64,000 bases of DNA, from assembly GCA_964016885.1 (NCBI GenBank), contig OZ024742.1, positions 361,584,001 through 361,648,000 of the forward strand. Direction: 5' to 3'. Origin of the DNA: Eledone cirrhosa. Its lineage: Eukaryota. A program made the position numbers and the translations under genes. Under the pieces are notes generated by a model. That model was given only the letters and a program-made list of their open reading frames with translations. It was not told the origin of the DNA and did not search any database. Below, piece after piece: positions 25,720 through 38,637 of this stretch (position 1 is the stretch's first letter; each line of letters begins with the position of its first letter).

Positions 25720-27720
25720 TTAGGTAAGGCGGGTCTTCTCTATTACTGTGTAGCGCCAAAGAACTCGGTCCAGTGACATTGTCTTGGAGAGGTGTAAGTG
25801 TGTGAGGTCGGAATTTATCAAGTCGTCCCAGGTTTTTCTGGGTCTGCCTACTCCGTGGCTACCGTTTATTTTTATTGCCCTGCACATTTTTATACAGCTG
25901 TCGTCTTTCATGCGCATCACGTGACCATACCAACATAGTCTTCTCTCGAGTAAACATCTGATCCCTCTTATTTCTAATTTCTCCCTTATTTCGTTTATGC
26001 TTTGCCGTTCACGTATATTCCTATTACACATCCAGCGAAGCATGCAAGCTTCGTTTCTCTTCAGTCTGCGTATATCCTGTGCACACAATGCCCAGGTCTC
26101 ACTGCCATGTAACATTGCTGTTCGTATGCAGGCATCATACAGCCTGCCTTTCATTTTTAGAGAGAACCCTTTAACGGCCAATAGTGGTATAAGCTCTCTT
26201 AACTTTTTCCATCCCGTTCTGACTCTAGCTACTGTACTTTCAGAGCACCCTCCCCCACTGCTGATTTTATCACCCAGGTAACGGAAGCTGTCCACTATTT
26301 CTATAGAACCATCTGTGCAATGGAATGAGTTAGTATTCTGTGGGCACTTGTGTGCTACTTATTGCACCAGAGCACCGGCCACATATAAAATCTATATTCT
26401 TAGTTAGCTTACATGTGATCCCACTACATCTTTTATGTAGCCATACTTTGCATTTGGGACATAAAATGGAGTTTCTACCTACTCCTTTCCTACACACTGA
26501 GCATGGCCATTTCCCAGATGGGACCGGTGCCCTATTTTCCTTCCTACAAACTAGAACTTTAGTCTTAGACAAGTTAACTTTAAGGCCTTTTGATTCTAGG
26601 ACATGCTTCCATGTTTGGAATTTATTTTCTAGTTCAGCCATTGATTCAGCTATGAGCGTTAGATCATCTGCATATAGGAGTTCCCATGGGCAGCCGGTCT
26701 TGAACTCCTCTGTTATAGCCTGAAGGGCAATAATAAATAGTAGGGGGCTAAGGACGGAGCCCTGATGAACACCAACTTTTACGCTAAACTCTTCACTATA
26801 TTCGTTGTTAATTCTAACCTTGCTGACTGTTTCTTTATACATGGCTTGTATAGCTCTCACAAACCATTCATCAACACCTAGTTTTCTAAGGGCTCACCAG
26901 ATAATCAAGCGGGGTACTCTGTCAAAGGCTTTCTCCAAGTCAACAAAAGCTAAGTATAGGGGTTTACTTTTAGCTAGGTACTTCTCCTGTAGATGTTGTA
27001 CAATGAAAAGAGCGTCTGTTGTACTTTTACCTGACACAAACCCGAACTGCATTTCGTCTAGATCAATTCGCTCTCTGATTAGTTGCGCTATTACTTTTTC
27101 TGTGACCTTCATGACCTGGTCAATTAATTTAATGCCTCTATAGTTTCCCCTATCTAGGGCATCACCTTTACCCTTGTAGCAGTTAATGATGATGCTGCTG
27201 CGCCAGTCCTTCGGAACGACCCCATTCTGTATGACTTGGTTTACTATCCGGGTGACCATAGTGTGTCCCACCGTTCCAGATGCTTTCAGCATTTCGGCAA
27301 CTATTTCCGAAGGCCCGGACGCCTTGCCCGTCTTCATGTCTTTGATCGCCATAACTTATTATACTACCTTCAACTTTCACTGCTGGTCCCTCTATTGGGT
27401 CGATGTGGGGGAGACTGTCTTTCTCCCAATTATTCTCCTCATTTAGTAGCCTTTCGTAGTGACACTTCCAAGCTACCTTCTTATCAGCATCAGTGATGGC
27501 TAGTACACCATCATCATTTAGGACACACTTCTCCCCGACAATATCACTGTTTTCCTTGACACATTGCCTAGCAATCCTGAACACCTCACGTTTTTGGTCC
27601 TCGCGTTGTAGAACATGCTTGAACTTTCTTTCCTCTGCTTCCCTTCTTGCGAAGTACACTTGTCTCCTAGCTTCCCTCCTGGCCACTTGATAGTCTTCTC
27701 TACTTCCCCCATCCCGTCAT
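25720..27720 (-). mobile_element. RTE LINE, longest RT-containing copy (few lesions), with PHD-like finger inside the RT region
   Basis: NYRGIKL, FVDLEKAFDRVPR, GVHQGSVLSPLLF, YADDL, CSVC..CPKC..HKRC..CGRC, FRYLG, GRPRKTW. Confidence 0.9.
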
Positions 27721-27796
27721 GCTTGGTTATGTTAGCCATCCGCGGCCGAAACAAAGAGGAGCCCTTGCATTCTCGTCCATGAGGTGAATTTGTCTT

Positions 27797-28880
27797 TATG
27801 TATGTATATATATATATATGTATGCATGTGTGTGTATGTATGTATATGCATGTATGTGTATGTATGTGTGTGTATGTATGTATATGCATGTATGTGTATG
27901 TATGTATGTATATGCATGTATGTGTATGTATGTATGTATATGCATGTATGTGTATGTATGTATGTATATGTATGTATATGTATATATGTATGTGTATATA
28001 TGTGTATATGTATATGTATGTATGTATATATGTGTATGTATATATGTGTGTATGTATATGTGTGTATGTATATATGTGTGTATATGTGTGTATGTATGTA
28101 TATGTGTGTATGTATGTATATGTGTGTATGTATGTATATGTGTGTATGTATGTATATGTGTGTATGTATGTATATGTGTGTATGCATGTATGTGTATGTA
28201 TGTATATATATGCATGTATGTGTATGTATGTATGTATATGTATATATGTATGTGTATATATGTGTATATGTATATGTATGTATGTATATATGTGTATGTA
28301 TATATGTGTGTATGTATATGTGTATATGTGTGTACGTATGTATATGTGTGTATGTATGTATATGTGTGTATGTATATGTGTGTATGTATGTATATGTGTG
28401 TATGTATATATATATGTGTGTATGTATATGTGTGTATGTATATATATGTATGTGTATATATATATATGTATGTGTGTGTATATATGTATGTGTATATATA
28501 TATGTATGTGTATATATGTATGTGTAAATATATATGTATGTGTATATATGTATGTATGTGTATATATGTATGTATGTGTATATATGTATGTATGTGTATA
28601 TATGTATGTATGTGTATAGTTGTATGCATGTGTATATATGTATGTATGTGTATATATGTGTGTGTATGTATGTATGTATATGTATGTATGTATATGTATG
28701 TATGTATATGTATATATACTTATGTATATGTGTATATGCTTATGTATGCGTATGTATGTATATGTATATTATGTATATATATATGTATGTATGTATATGT
28801 CTGTATATGTGTATGTATATGTGTATGTATGTATGTGTGTGTATGTATGTATGTATATGTATGTGTATGTATATGTATAT
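27797..28880. repeat. Long cryptic (TATG/TG/TA)n microsatellite
   Basis: Read directly; related tracts at 34157-34340, 34944-35642, 41220-41802 and 44023-44632. Confidence 0.95.
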
Positions 28881-29215
28881 GGAGGCACATGGCTTAGTGG
28901 CCTGGCAATCGAAAGGTTGTGAGTTCAATTCTCAGACTGGGTGATGTGTTGTTTCCTTGAGCAAGACACTTTATTTCACATTGCTCCAGTTTACTCAGCT
29001 GTAGAAATGAGATGATAGGGACTGGGGTCCATATCATTCCACTGCAAAGTGGTCGTGGAGGTGCCATGGCAAAAAAGCACCCAGCACTCACTGTAAATGA
29101 GGTTGGTGTTAGGAAGGGCATCCAGCTGAAGAAATCAAGCCAGAATCAGTTCCCGTTCCACCCTTGCAAGCAGGGAAAAAGTGGACTTAAAACGAAATGA
29201 TGATGATGATGATGA
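28881..29215 (+). mobile_element. tRNA-derived SINE with RTE-type tail (head partly deleted)
   Basis: A box TGGCTTAGTGG, B box GAGTTCAATTC, CCTTGAGCAAGACACTT core, (GAT)n tail. Confidence 0.75.
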
Positions 29216-29260
29216 TGTATGTATGTGTATATGTATGTATGTATATGTACGTATGTGTAT

Positions 29261-30585
29261 GAGATGTAGTTTGGTTTTGTGCCTCTGAAAATTACAACAG
29301 ATGCCCTCTTCTTAGTGAGACAACTACAAGAGAGGTTCTTAGAGAAAAATAAGCCACTATACTTAGCTTTTGATGACTTAAAGGAGGTCTTTGATAGTGT
29401 ACCACGATCTGTCATCTGGTGGTCTCTAAGGAAAATAGGTGTAGAGGAATGGCTTGTGAGGACAGTGCAAGCTAAGTACAGAGGTTCTGTCAGTAAAGTG
29501 AGAGAAGTAATGGAGTTTAATGAGGAATTCCAGATACAAGTAGAAGTGCATCAGGGCTCTGTCCTCAGCCCACTCTTGTTCATTATAATTCTCCAAGCCA
29601 TAACACGAGTTTAAGACTGGCTGCCCTTGTGAACTTCTCTATGCTGACGATCTGGTACTTATAGCAGATTCAATAGAGGAACTAGAGAAGAAATTCTGTC
29701 TATGGAAAAAGCAGTTGGAATCAAGAGGACTGAGAGTAAACCTAGCTAAGACAAAAGTGTTGATAAGTAGAGAAGAGGACAAAACTCTGATTCCATCAGG
29801 GAAATGGTCATGTTCAATATGTAGAAAAGGAGTTGGGATAAATTCTATAAAATGTACACAATGCAGATCCTGGGTACACAAGAGATGTAGTGGGATAGCA
29901 GGCAAACTAACAAGTAGGGAGAAATACGTATGCAGTAGTTGTACAGAACTTGACAGTAGAAGACGCAGTGATAGACACATTTACCACATGAAGGTGGGTT
30001 CTATAGAAGTGGGTGATAGCTTCCGCTACCTAGGTGATCTGATTAGAATGGGAGCGGGTGTTCCGAGACCATAATATCTAGAATAAGGACAGGTCGGAAG
30101 AAATTTAGGGAGCTGCTTCCTCTGTTGACAAAGAAGGATTTCTCCCTGCGTACGAAAGGATGGTTATATGATGACTGTGTGAGATGCGCGATGCTGCATG
30201 ATAGTGAGACTTGGGCAGCAACTGCAGAGGATATGCGATGGCTGGAGAGAAATGAACGACTAGGCATGGAGGACTTCAGGGAGAAACTGTTTAACTGGGA
30301 TAAGTTGAAGTGTGCAGGAGAGAAGACTGTGTTGGTATAGACATGTGATGCGCTTGGAGGATGACACCTAGGTAAAGAAGTGCCAAGAAATCCCAGTAGA
30401 AGGACAACACAGTAGAGGAAGACCACGAAAAATACGGGCGGAGCTGGTGTGAGCAGACCTCAAATCTCTAAAGCTCAATGAGGAGATGACGAAGGACCGT
30501 GACAAGTGGAGAGATACTGTGCTCAATAGGTTCGTCCCACCCTTGCAAGCAAGGAAAAGCAGACGTAAAGTGATGAAGTTGATGA
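29261..30585 (+). mobile_element. RTE LINE RT to 3' end, decayed
   Basis: TTDALFLVRQLQE, HQGSVLSPLLF, PHD-like CSIC..CTQC..HKRC..CSSC, LHDSETW. Confidence 0.85.
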
Positions 30586-31839
30586 CAAGACTTGTTGCAA
30601 TTTAAACATCAACTAGGTAGATATGTATGCATGTGTGTGCAGCTATCCATCTATTTGTGTGTGCTTGTGTTCCTTTTCACTTATGTGTGCATCTGTATAT
30701 GCTTAGTATTTAGATGCACATCACCTCCAATGTTTCAAATATTTTTTATCATACTTACATCGATTATACATCGAATTACAAATATAGTCGTCTTCTTTCT
30801 ATTTCTCTAAAGCAAAGCTTCACAACTAATATGAACGTATAGTCAGGGTCGACCATGTGCAAATGCTTCCTTATTTCTGCATAGAGAGTAATATAGATAA
30901 ACAAATTATATTATCTTCACCAACAAACGCTATATTGTCTCTCACTTTCAAGGATACGCTTTTGCAATAAAACAACAGGAAATAAAGACAAACTATCTGA
31001 TTCCCTAATATATAATATTATATTGGTATCTGCTTGGCAGCGAACTCCAACTGCTGAGCGTCGTCTGTTATGCTTCCAATTCATTGCTTTTCACCGGAAC
31101 AATCCACAACTACTCTTTCTATGTCTTAAAACGTTGCTGTAACTCTCAATGTTTACTCTCGGGGATGACCTTTCTAGGGATTGCATTCTTCACACTTTTC
31201 GCCACATCTTTCCACAGCTTCTTCACATCGGTCACAACTTCAATGTTCAATCTGCACAATTTCCACTTCTTTTCACATCTAGGTCTTTTGTGTACATCCC
31301 TATCTATTCTGTGACTCAGTTAGTCTTAGTTTCAAGTTCTTATATTGTAAAATAATCTTTCAACATGGGAGACAATATAGCACTTGTTGCTGAAGATAGA
31401 CTTTTATCATCTATATTATTCTCACTCTCCAGCTTCCAGGTAACATATCCATGCATAATATTTGTGTGTGTGTGTCGTAATTTGTCTATATTTGAGAAAA
31501 GGATAATGATAAAAAGATATATACAGGGAGGAGGAGAGTGACTTGGTGGTGGAACAATATGGTAGATGAGGCAGTTAAGGTTAAGAGACAGGCATGGAAA
31601 GAATGGAAGAACAGGGCACATTACATAGAGACCAGGAGGGAAGCTAGGCGACAAGTATACTTAGCTAGAAGGGAGGTAGAGGATAGGAAATTCAAGCATG
31701 TTTTGCAACACGAGGAACAGAAACAGGAGGTGTTCCAGATTACGAGGCAGTGTGTCAGAGAGAATTGTGATGTCATAGGAGAGAATTGTTTCCAGAATAA
31801 TAAAGGTGAGCTTGCACTCACAAGTGCCCTATCCATATA

Positions 31840-33320
31840 GGAGGTAGCAGAGCGGGGGCCAAACAACATAGGCCAGTCTCCCTGACGTCACATATCAGTA
31901 AGGTCATGGAGCGAATCGTCAGAAAGAAACTGATCACTTTCCTCGAGGAAAATGACTGCCTGACTAACACGCAGCATGGCTTTCACCCAGGAAGAAGCTG
32001 CCTTACACAGCTGCTACATCATTAAGACTGGGTACTGAAACAACTGCTTGACAGCTCACATGTGGACATGATATATCTTGACTTTGCGAAGGCCTTTGAC
32101 AAAGTCGACCACGGAATGATATGTCACAAACTACACGAACTCACCATAACTAGAAAAGTAGGTGAGTGGCTGCACGACTTCTTAAAGGAGAGAAGCCAGA
32201 CAGTCGCAGCAAACGGGGGCCCTCTCAAAGGAAATATCAATAACAAGTGGGGTTCCCCAAGGCTCCTGGTTCCTGGGACCACTACTGCTTTTGGTGGCCC
32301 TCTCAGACATACCCTCTGTAGTACATACAACAACATCCCTCACTAGCTATGCTGATGACACTAAGGTAGCACAGGCAATCAAAAACCCGGCTGATGCTGC
32401 CCTTTTACAACAAGGGCTGTATGCCATATGCAAATGGGCGGAAGACAACAACATGCAGTTTAATGCTGGCAAATTCCAAGCGCTACGCAATTCCTGCAAA
32501 CACAAATACAGTACAACACAGTTACACCGGACTAGGAGGGACCAATATCCCTGGGTAAAAATCGATATGAGACCTGGGTATAGACATGAGCGATGATGCA
32601 TCTTTTTCCTCTCACATCATGAAAGTGGCGACAATGTGCAGACGACTCGCTGGCTGGATCTTGAAGACTTTCCGGACAAGAGACCGAGACACCATGTTGA
32701 CACTATGGAGGACATTTGTCCTAAGCCGCCTGGACTATTGCTCCCAGTTGTGGTCACCGGTCACCCCATAGTGTCAAACTAACCACGGAGCTTGAGGCAA
32801 TCCAGCGAAGCTACACCAAAAGGATTGCGACTATGAAGGAGATAAGCTACTGGGCGAGGCTAAAAGAACTGAACCTCTACTCCTTGGAACGAAGACGGGA
32901 GAGATCCGCAGTGATCTACATGTGGAAAATCCTGGAGGGACTAGCACTTTGGCATTGGGAGCTGGACCAACCGCCGAACAGGACGTCATTGTGTAGTGCC
33001 AAAGATCCCGTCTTCCATATCTAGAATAAGGAGCAGATATTGCAAAAGTCTGGGGTTCAAGGACCCTCAACTCTTCAACAAGCTGCCAAGGGATCTGAGA
33101 GATCTGCATGGTGTGGATGTCTTCAAGAAACATCTCGACACCTTGCTATCCAGGATCCCAGATGAGCCCACAGCAAGGCACGAGGGAAACCTAAGGGCAG
33201 CAGCAATGAACTCCCCGTTGCACCAGTGGCCAACCAATACAGCTGGAGATTAAATGTATAGCAACAAGGGCGGTGCCCCAGCATGGCCTCAGCCGGATGG
33301 CTGGAACAGGTAAAAGAGTA
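31840..33320 (+). mobile_element. CR1-clade LINE RT to 3' end, decayed
   Basis: DMIYLDFAKAFDKVDH, YADDTK, LSRLDYCSQLWSP, RLKELNLYSLERRR. Confidence 0.8.
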
Positions 33321-33354
33321 TATATACATATTTATATACATATATATATATATA

Positions 33355-33730
33355 TACAAAGTGTTAAAACGATCAAATTTTAGTTTAGAACATTTATTTG
33401 CTGACAATTGCTTCTTCCAGAAACATGTTACTAAAATCCTATCATTCAGAACATTTAAGATACATAATTGTTATTAGTGTCAAAGGCATCATGTGGAGAA
33501 TCAGGAGTTAAAAAGATGTTCTGCTTGAAAGAACACAATTACAGGCAGCACTGGTTGGAAGTGTAATAGGTATAAGGAAAAAGCACAGGCAAAAAAATCA
33601 AAGGCATAAAAGTTATAAGCAATGTTTCAACATTCCTTATGCTCCGATGATTCCAGACTTCCCTCTGGAAGAAACAATTGTCAGCAAATAAATGTTCTAA
33701 AGTAAAATTTGATCATTTTAACACTTTGTA
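33355..33730. repeat. Head-to-head inverted duplication (67-bp arms) starting inside a hammerhead
   Basis: 33355-33421 is the reverse complement of 33664-33730 with 3 mismatches. Confidence 0.85.
33640..33686 (+). ncRNA. Minimal type I hammerhead, CCGATGA core variant
   Basis: TGCT-CCGATGA-TTCCAGActtcccTCTGGAA-GAAA-CAATTG-TC-AGCA, followed by AATAAA. Confidence 0.7.
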
Positions 33731-34340
33731 TCTCGGTTCTGTAAAACACTTGAAAACTTGCATTGAGCCTTTTGTCATACCGGTAACCTTCCAGATCATT
33801 ATATGGAAGGTCATCTTCAGAGGCTAAGAGAAAGAAAATACAGCGATCTGAAGAAAGTGAAGAAGTTCGGCATGCCCGTCTAGCTGCTAACAGAGCCCAA
33901 ACAGCTTTAGCAAGAGCACACAGTTTGAATGAAAGGGAACAAAGGACTGCTGCTACTCGAGAACAACAAATTAAGGAACAACAGCAAATAAGACGAAATG
34001 CTAATCAAGCACATCGTTTTACTGCCTGAGCAGGAGAACAAGCCACAAGTAGAATAAACTGGCTGATGGGGGCTTTTTCTGATGGGGTTATGTTAGCCAT
34101 CCGCGGCCGAAACAAAGAGGAGCCCTTGCATTCTCGTCCATGAGGTGAATTTGTCTTTATGTATGTATATATATATATATATGTATGCATGTGTATGTAT
34201 GTATATGCATGTATGTGTATGTATGTGTGTGTATGTATGTATATGCATGTATGTGTATGTATGTATGTATGTATATGCATGTATGTGTATGTATATATGT
34301 ATATGTATATATGTATATATGTATGTATATGTATATATTA

Positions 34341-34943
34341 TGTCAGGTCACCAGTTGGTGCTACTGGTAACATGTATCCCAGTACAACCTGTCCCATGGT
34401 CGGGTCGTTGGCGACTAAACTGGCAACCCCACCAAGGTTTCTTGGTGAGGAGGGTGACTTTGGACATCCTGCAGGACTAAAAACAAAACCTGTCAAAGGA
34501 ACTCTTAAGAGTCAATGGCCATCCAAAATTACCGGGAGAGATGACCACTTAGCCTTTGTCAAGGCAGAATTCTAGGAGAAGGAAAACTCTGATATAACAC
34601 CTGCAACCCTGATGATATCCAATGATGTTGACTTGTTCTTCTTTTTGGTAAATATCATCTTGGTTAAGAGAGTGGGAATGGCTTTGTGCAGTGCCTTTGC
34701 TCACTATAAAAGCTTCACGGCACAGGCATTGCTTTATATCTGGAGATCTCTCTGCACTTGTCGTCACATGGTACCATGGGCCCAGCACTATGTGTCAATA
34801 ATTGTCACAAGTGTAGTGTTTGTACCAAAGTTTTCAAGTCGCTGGCCGGACTGAAAAGTCACACTCGTTCAGCGCATCGGTAGGGGTTCTCCTACATGAT
34901 ATAAAGTAGTGGCCGTACTCGAAAACGAGTTGGCAGCCACCAT
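34341..34943 (+). mobile_element. ~600-bp non-autonomous RTE-derived retroposon, copy 3
   Basis: Reverse complement of copies 1 and 2; inserted in a TATG tract. Confidence 0.75.
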
Positions 34944-35642
34944 ATGTATGTGTATATATGTGTATATGTATATGTATGTATGTATATATGTATATATGTG
35001 TGTATGTATATATGTGTGTATATGTGTGTATGTATGTATATGTGTGTATGTATGTATATGTGTGTATGTATGTATATGTGTGTATGTATATATATATATG
35101 TGTGTATGTAAATATGTATGTGTGTGTATATATGTATGTGTGTGTATATATGTATGTGTATATATATATATGTATGTGTATATATATATGTATGTGTATA
35201 TATATATGTATGTGTATATATATATGTATGTGTATAGATATATGTATGTGTATATATATATGTATGTGTATATATATATATGTATGTGTATATATATATG
35301 TATGTGTATATATATATGTATGTGCATATATGTATGTATGCGTATATATGTATGTATGTGTATATATGTATGTATGTGTATATATGTATGTATGTGTATA
35401 TATGTGTGTGTATGTATGTATGTATATGTATGTATATATATGTATGTATGTATATGTATGTATGTATATGTATATATACTTATGTATATGTGTATATGCT
35501 TATGTATGCGTATGTATGTATATGTATATTATGTATATATATATATATGTATGTATATGTGTATGTATATGTGTATGTATGTATGTATGTATGTATGTGT
35601 GTGTATGTATGTATGTATATGTATATGTATGTATATGTATAT

Positions 35643-35988
35643 GGAGGCACATGGCTTAGTGGTTAGAGCATTGGCCTGGCAATCGAAAGGTTGTGAGTTC
35701 AATTCTCAGACCGGGTGATGTGTTGTTTCCTTGAGCAAGACACTTTATTTCACATTGCTCCAGTTTACTCAGCTGTAGAAATGAGATGATAGGGACTGGG
35801 GTACCTATCATTCCACTGCAAAGTGGTCGTTGAGGTGCCACGGCAAAAAAGCACCCAGCACTCACTGTAAATGAGGTTGCTGTTAGGAAGGGCATCCAGC
35901 TGTAGAAATCAAGCCAGAATCAGTTCCTGTCCCACCCTTGCAAGCAGGGAAAAAGCGGACTTAAAACGAAATGATGATGATGATGATG
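35643..35988 (+). mobile_element. tRNA-derived SINE with RTE-type tail
   Basis: GGAGGCACATGGCTTAGTGGTTAG...GAGTTCAATTC head; (GAT)n tail. Confidence 0.8.
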
Positions 35989-36639
35989 TATGTATGTATG
36001 TATATGTATGTATGTGTATGAGATGCAGTTTGCTTTTGTGCCTCTGAAAAGTACAACAGATGCCCTCTTCTTAGTCAGACAACTACAAGAGAGGTTCTTA
36101 GAGACAAATAAGCCACTATACTTAGCTTTGGACATAGAGAAGGCTTTTGATAGAGAACTCTTATAAATGTCAACATATATATATATGTGTGTGTATATAT
36201 ATGTTTTTTTTAAAACTATATATTTATTACTCCCTTAAGCAGAATAAATATATTCCCAGATATCGAAGATTACCACAATAACTAGGGAGCGGAAGTCAAT
36301 AGATGCTGGACATTGCTGCTGAGGGTAGGATGACCTGATGAGCTGGCTCCTGTGGCGGATACCTAAACATAGTAAGACCCAAGTGGGATGACTGAGGTTC
36401 ACCTACATACATCAGATATCTCTGGATCTCCAGCTGGAGATTAATGATCTCAGGAATGCCATGAAAAATCGTGACCTCTAAAAAAGAAGAGTAGAATTGT
36501 TCTGGCCAATCCACCTGACCTAATAAACAATAATAATATTAATATATATTGATGAAAATTAATTATGGTGAAATATCTTAGAAATCATTCTCAGAGGTTT
36601 TGTATTGTAATCCACACTTGCTCCTTGTGGCTTCTGATG

Positions 36640-38637
36640 CAGACATCATGTCCGCCATCAGGTCCTTCCCAGCTAGCAGCTGCGGAGATGGTGATGGTCT
36701 CTGACCTGGCCTCCTCAAGGAGTTGATATCTCCCCTCTCCGCTGAGGCCGGGCGCCGCCTTCTGAGTGCAATTGTGGCGCTCACCAATAGGCTCATCCAT
36801 GGCGCCCTGGACTCTTATGCTCGAGGCCTCTTTTTTTCGGCCAGCCTCACCGCTCTCAGGAAGAAAGAGGGTGGCATACATCCCATTGCTGTGGGCAATG
36901 TCTTCCGGAGGCTGGCTGCCAAGGTGATCTGCAAGTCCGTAACACTCGGAACCGGCATCCAGGGACTCCAGCCACCTCATTGTCAAGTTTGACATGAGGA
37001 ATGCCTTCAACTCTTTACGCTGGGATCATCTGCTCGAGGCCTGCCTCAGCCGAGCCCCCTCTGCCTACCTGTCATATGGAGCCCCGAGCATGCGCCTTGC
37101 TGCTGATACGGTCATACCCTCGGCTACTGGGATCCAACAGGGCAACCCTTTGGGACCCCTCCTGTTCACCCTTGGTATTGACCACATCGCCCAGAGTATA
37201 ACGGCCCCTCTCAACGTTTGGTATCTGGATGATGCTACTTTGGGTGGGCCCGTACAGACGGTCTGCCATGACCTTCAATCGGTGGTTCCTGCCCTGGCGG
37301 GAATCGACCTCCAGGTCAACTCAGCCAAGTCGGAGGTGGTGAATGTCAGCCTCGATGCTGCAAGCTTTGCAGTCTCCGTCTTGGACGTGCAGTCCATTCT
37401 CCGCCAGGTTCAGGTGACCCTCAAAGAGGATGCCCTCACCGATCCACCCGCCGGCCATCCGCTCCACCATCAGGTCCAGACTCTCACGAGCCGACTGGGC
37501 TTGATTGATGGCCACCCAGTTCTCTTTCTGCTGAGGAACTGCTACGCCATTCCGAAGCTCCTCTATACACTCTGTGCTACACCCAGACATGTCTCCTCGC
37601 TGAGCTCGATACTTGTATCCTAGCAGCAGCCGATGAGATATGCAACTCTACCTGTCAGGTATGGCGGCCTTCGCCTCCAGTCCCCGATCTCACTAGCTTT
37701 GCCGGCGTATCTTTCGTCGTTAACCTCGTGCCACGTCCTCGTCAGCAGGGTTCTTCAAAACACAACAGAACCCTCTGTGTTCAGAGAACGCGTGGCCGCC
37801 TGTGAGACGTGGGACCGGCTGGGACTTAGCCCAGTAGACGTCCCTCCTCCTTCTTCCCCTGTTGACGTCAAGTCCCCCCAACACACTTGGGATGCCATCC
37901 AGTGCAGCCTGGCCTCAGACAGGCTCACGTGCCAGCTCGACCATCACCGCCTTGTTTGTTTTCGTGGGGCCTCCAAACCCCACAGTGGTGCCTGGCTCCA
38001 TGCCCTGCCCTCATTCTCCACTCGCACGCAGCTAGACAACCATAGCTTGCGCATCGGCGTTTCCCTGAGGCTCGGTCTCACACCAATGTCGCTGCCGTTC
38101 CACCATGGACTCTTTCGGCCTCCACCCGCTTTCCTGTCGCCACAGTGCCAGCCGCAATCCACGCCATGCTGCCCTCAACGAAGTCATTAAGCATGGCTTG
38201 GACGCTGCAGGCTTCCCTTCCCAGCTCGAGGGGACGGCAAAAGGCCAGATGGCATGACCATCTTCCCGTTCCGCGGTGGCAAACCCCTCGTCTGGGATGC
38301 CACTTGCACCGACACTTTCTGCAGCCGCAACCTGGTGCAGTCTGCGACTGGCCCAGGTTCTGCTGCACGTCAGACTGAGGGGGCCAAACTCCTCACATAT
38401 CGGTCACTCTCCGACAGGTTTGCGGTCGTACCCCTGGAAGTGGAGACTTCTGGTGTCCTCGGCCCCAGGGCTACCTCCTTACTCACCACCATAGGCGCTG
38501 AGCTGGCCAGCCGCAGGTGTGAGCCCCGCGAGTTGGAGTGGCTTTTCCAGCGCGTCTCCCTTGCCGTGCTCCGGGGAAACGCCTTCTCCATTCTGTCCGC
38601 CGGGGCTGTGGGTGGGCCCCATCGCGTACCGTTATAG
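36640..38637 (+). mobile_element. CRE-clade non-LTR retrotransposon (RT and RLE), frameshifted
   Basis: KKEGGIHPIAVGNVFRRL, NAFNSL, GIQQGNPLGPLLF, WYLDD, GAWLHALP, VWDATCTDT, VETSG, FQRVSLAVLRGNA. Confidence 0.8.

Noticed and set aside
27732-28944. Long ORFs rich in Y/I/C/V/M/H (also near 25 kb, 35 kb, 41 kb and 44 kb)
   Set aside because: They are translations of stop-free TA/TG microsatellites, not genes
33355-33730. MITE with 67-bp TIRs and TA target duplication
   Set aside because: One arm starts inside a hammerhead fold, so a PLE-type inversion explains it better
34341-34500. HDV-like or twister ribozyme, or tRNA-Trp-like PBS, at the start of the 600-bp element
   Set aside because: CTAA, P4-like and P2-like pieces exist, but I could not build P1/P3/L3 or the twister core; the TGGTGACC match is too short
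35643-35715. tRNA gene (also 28881, 39691 and 44633)
   Set aside because: Boxes A and B are present, but there is no full cloverleaf and the sequence continues into a SINE body
36330-36370. CTGATGA motif (also 23220, 45354 and minus-strand 50631)
   Set aside because: No GAAA or closing stems at suitable spacing
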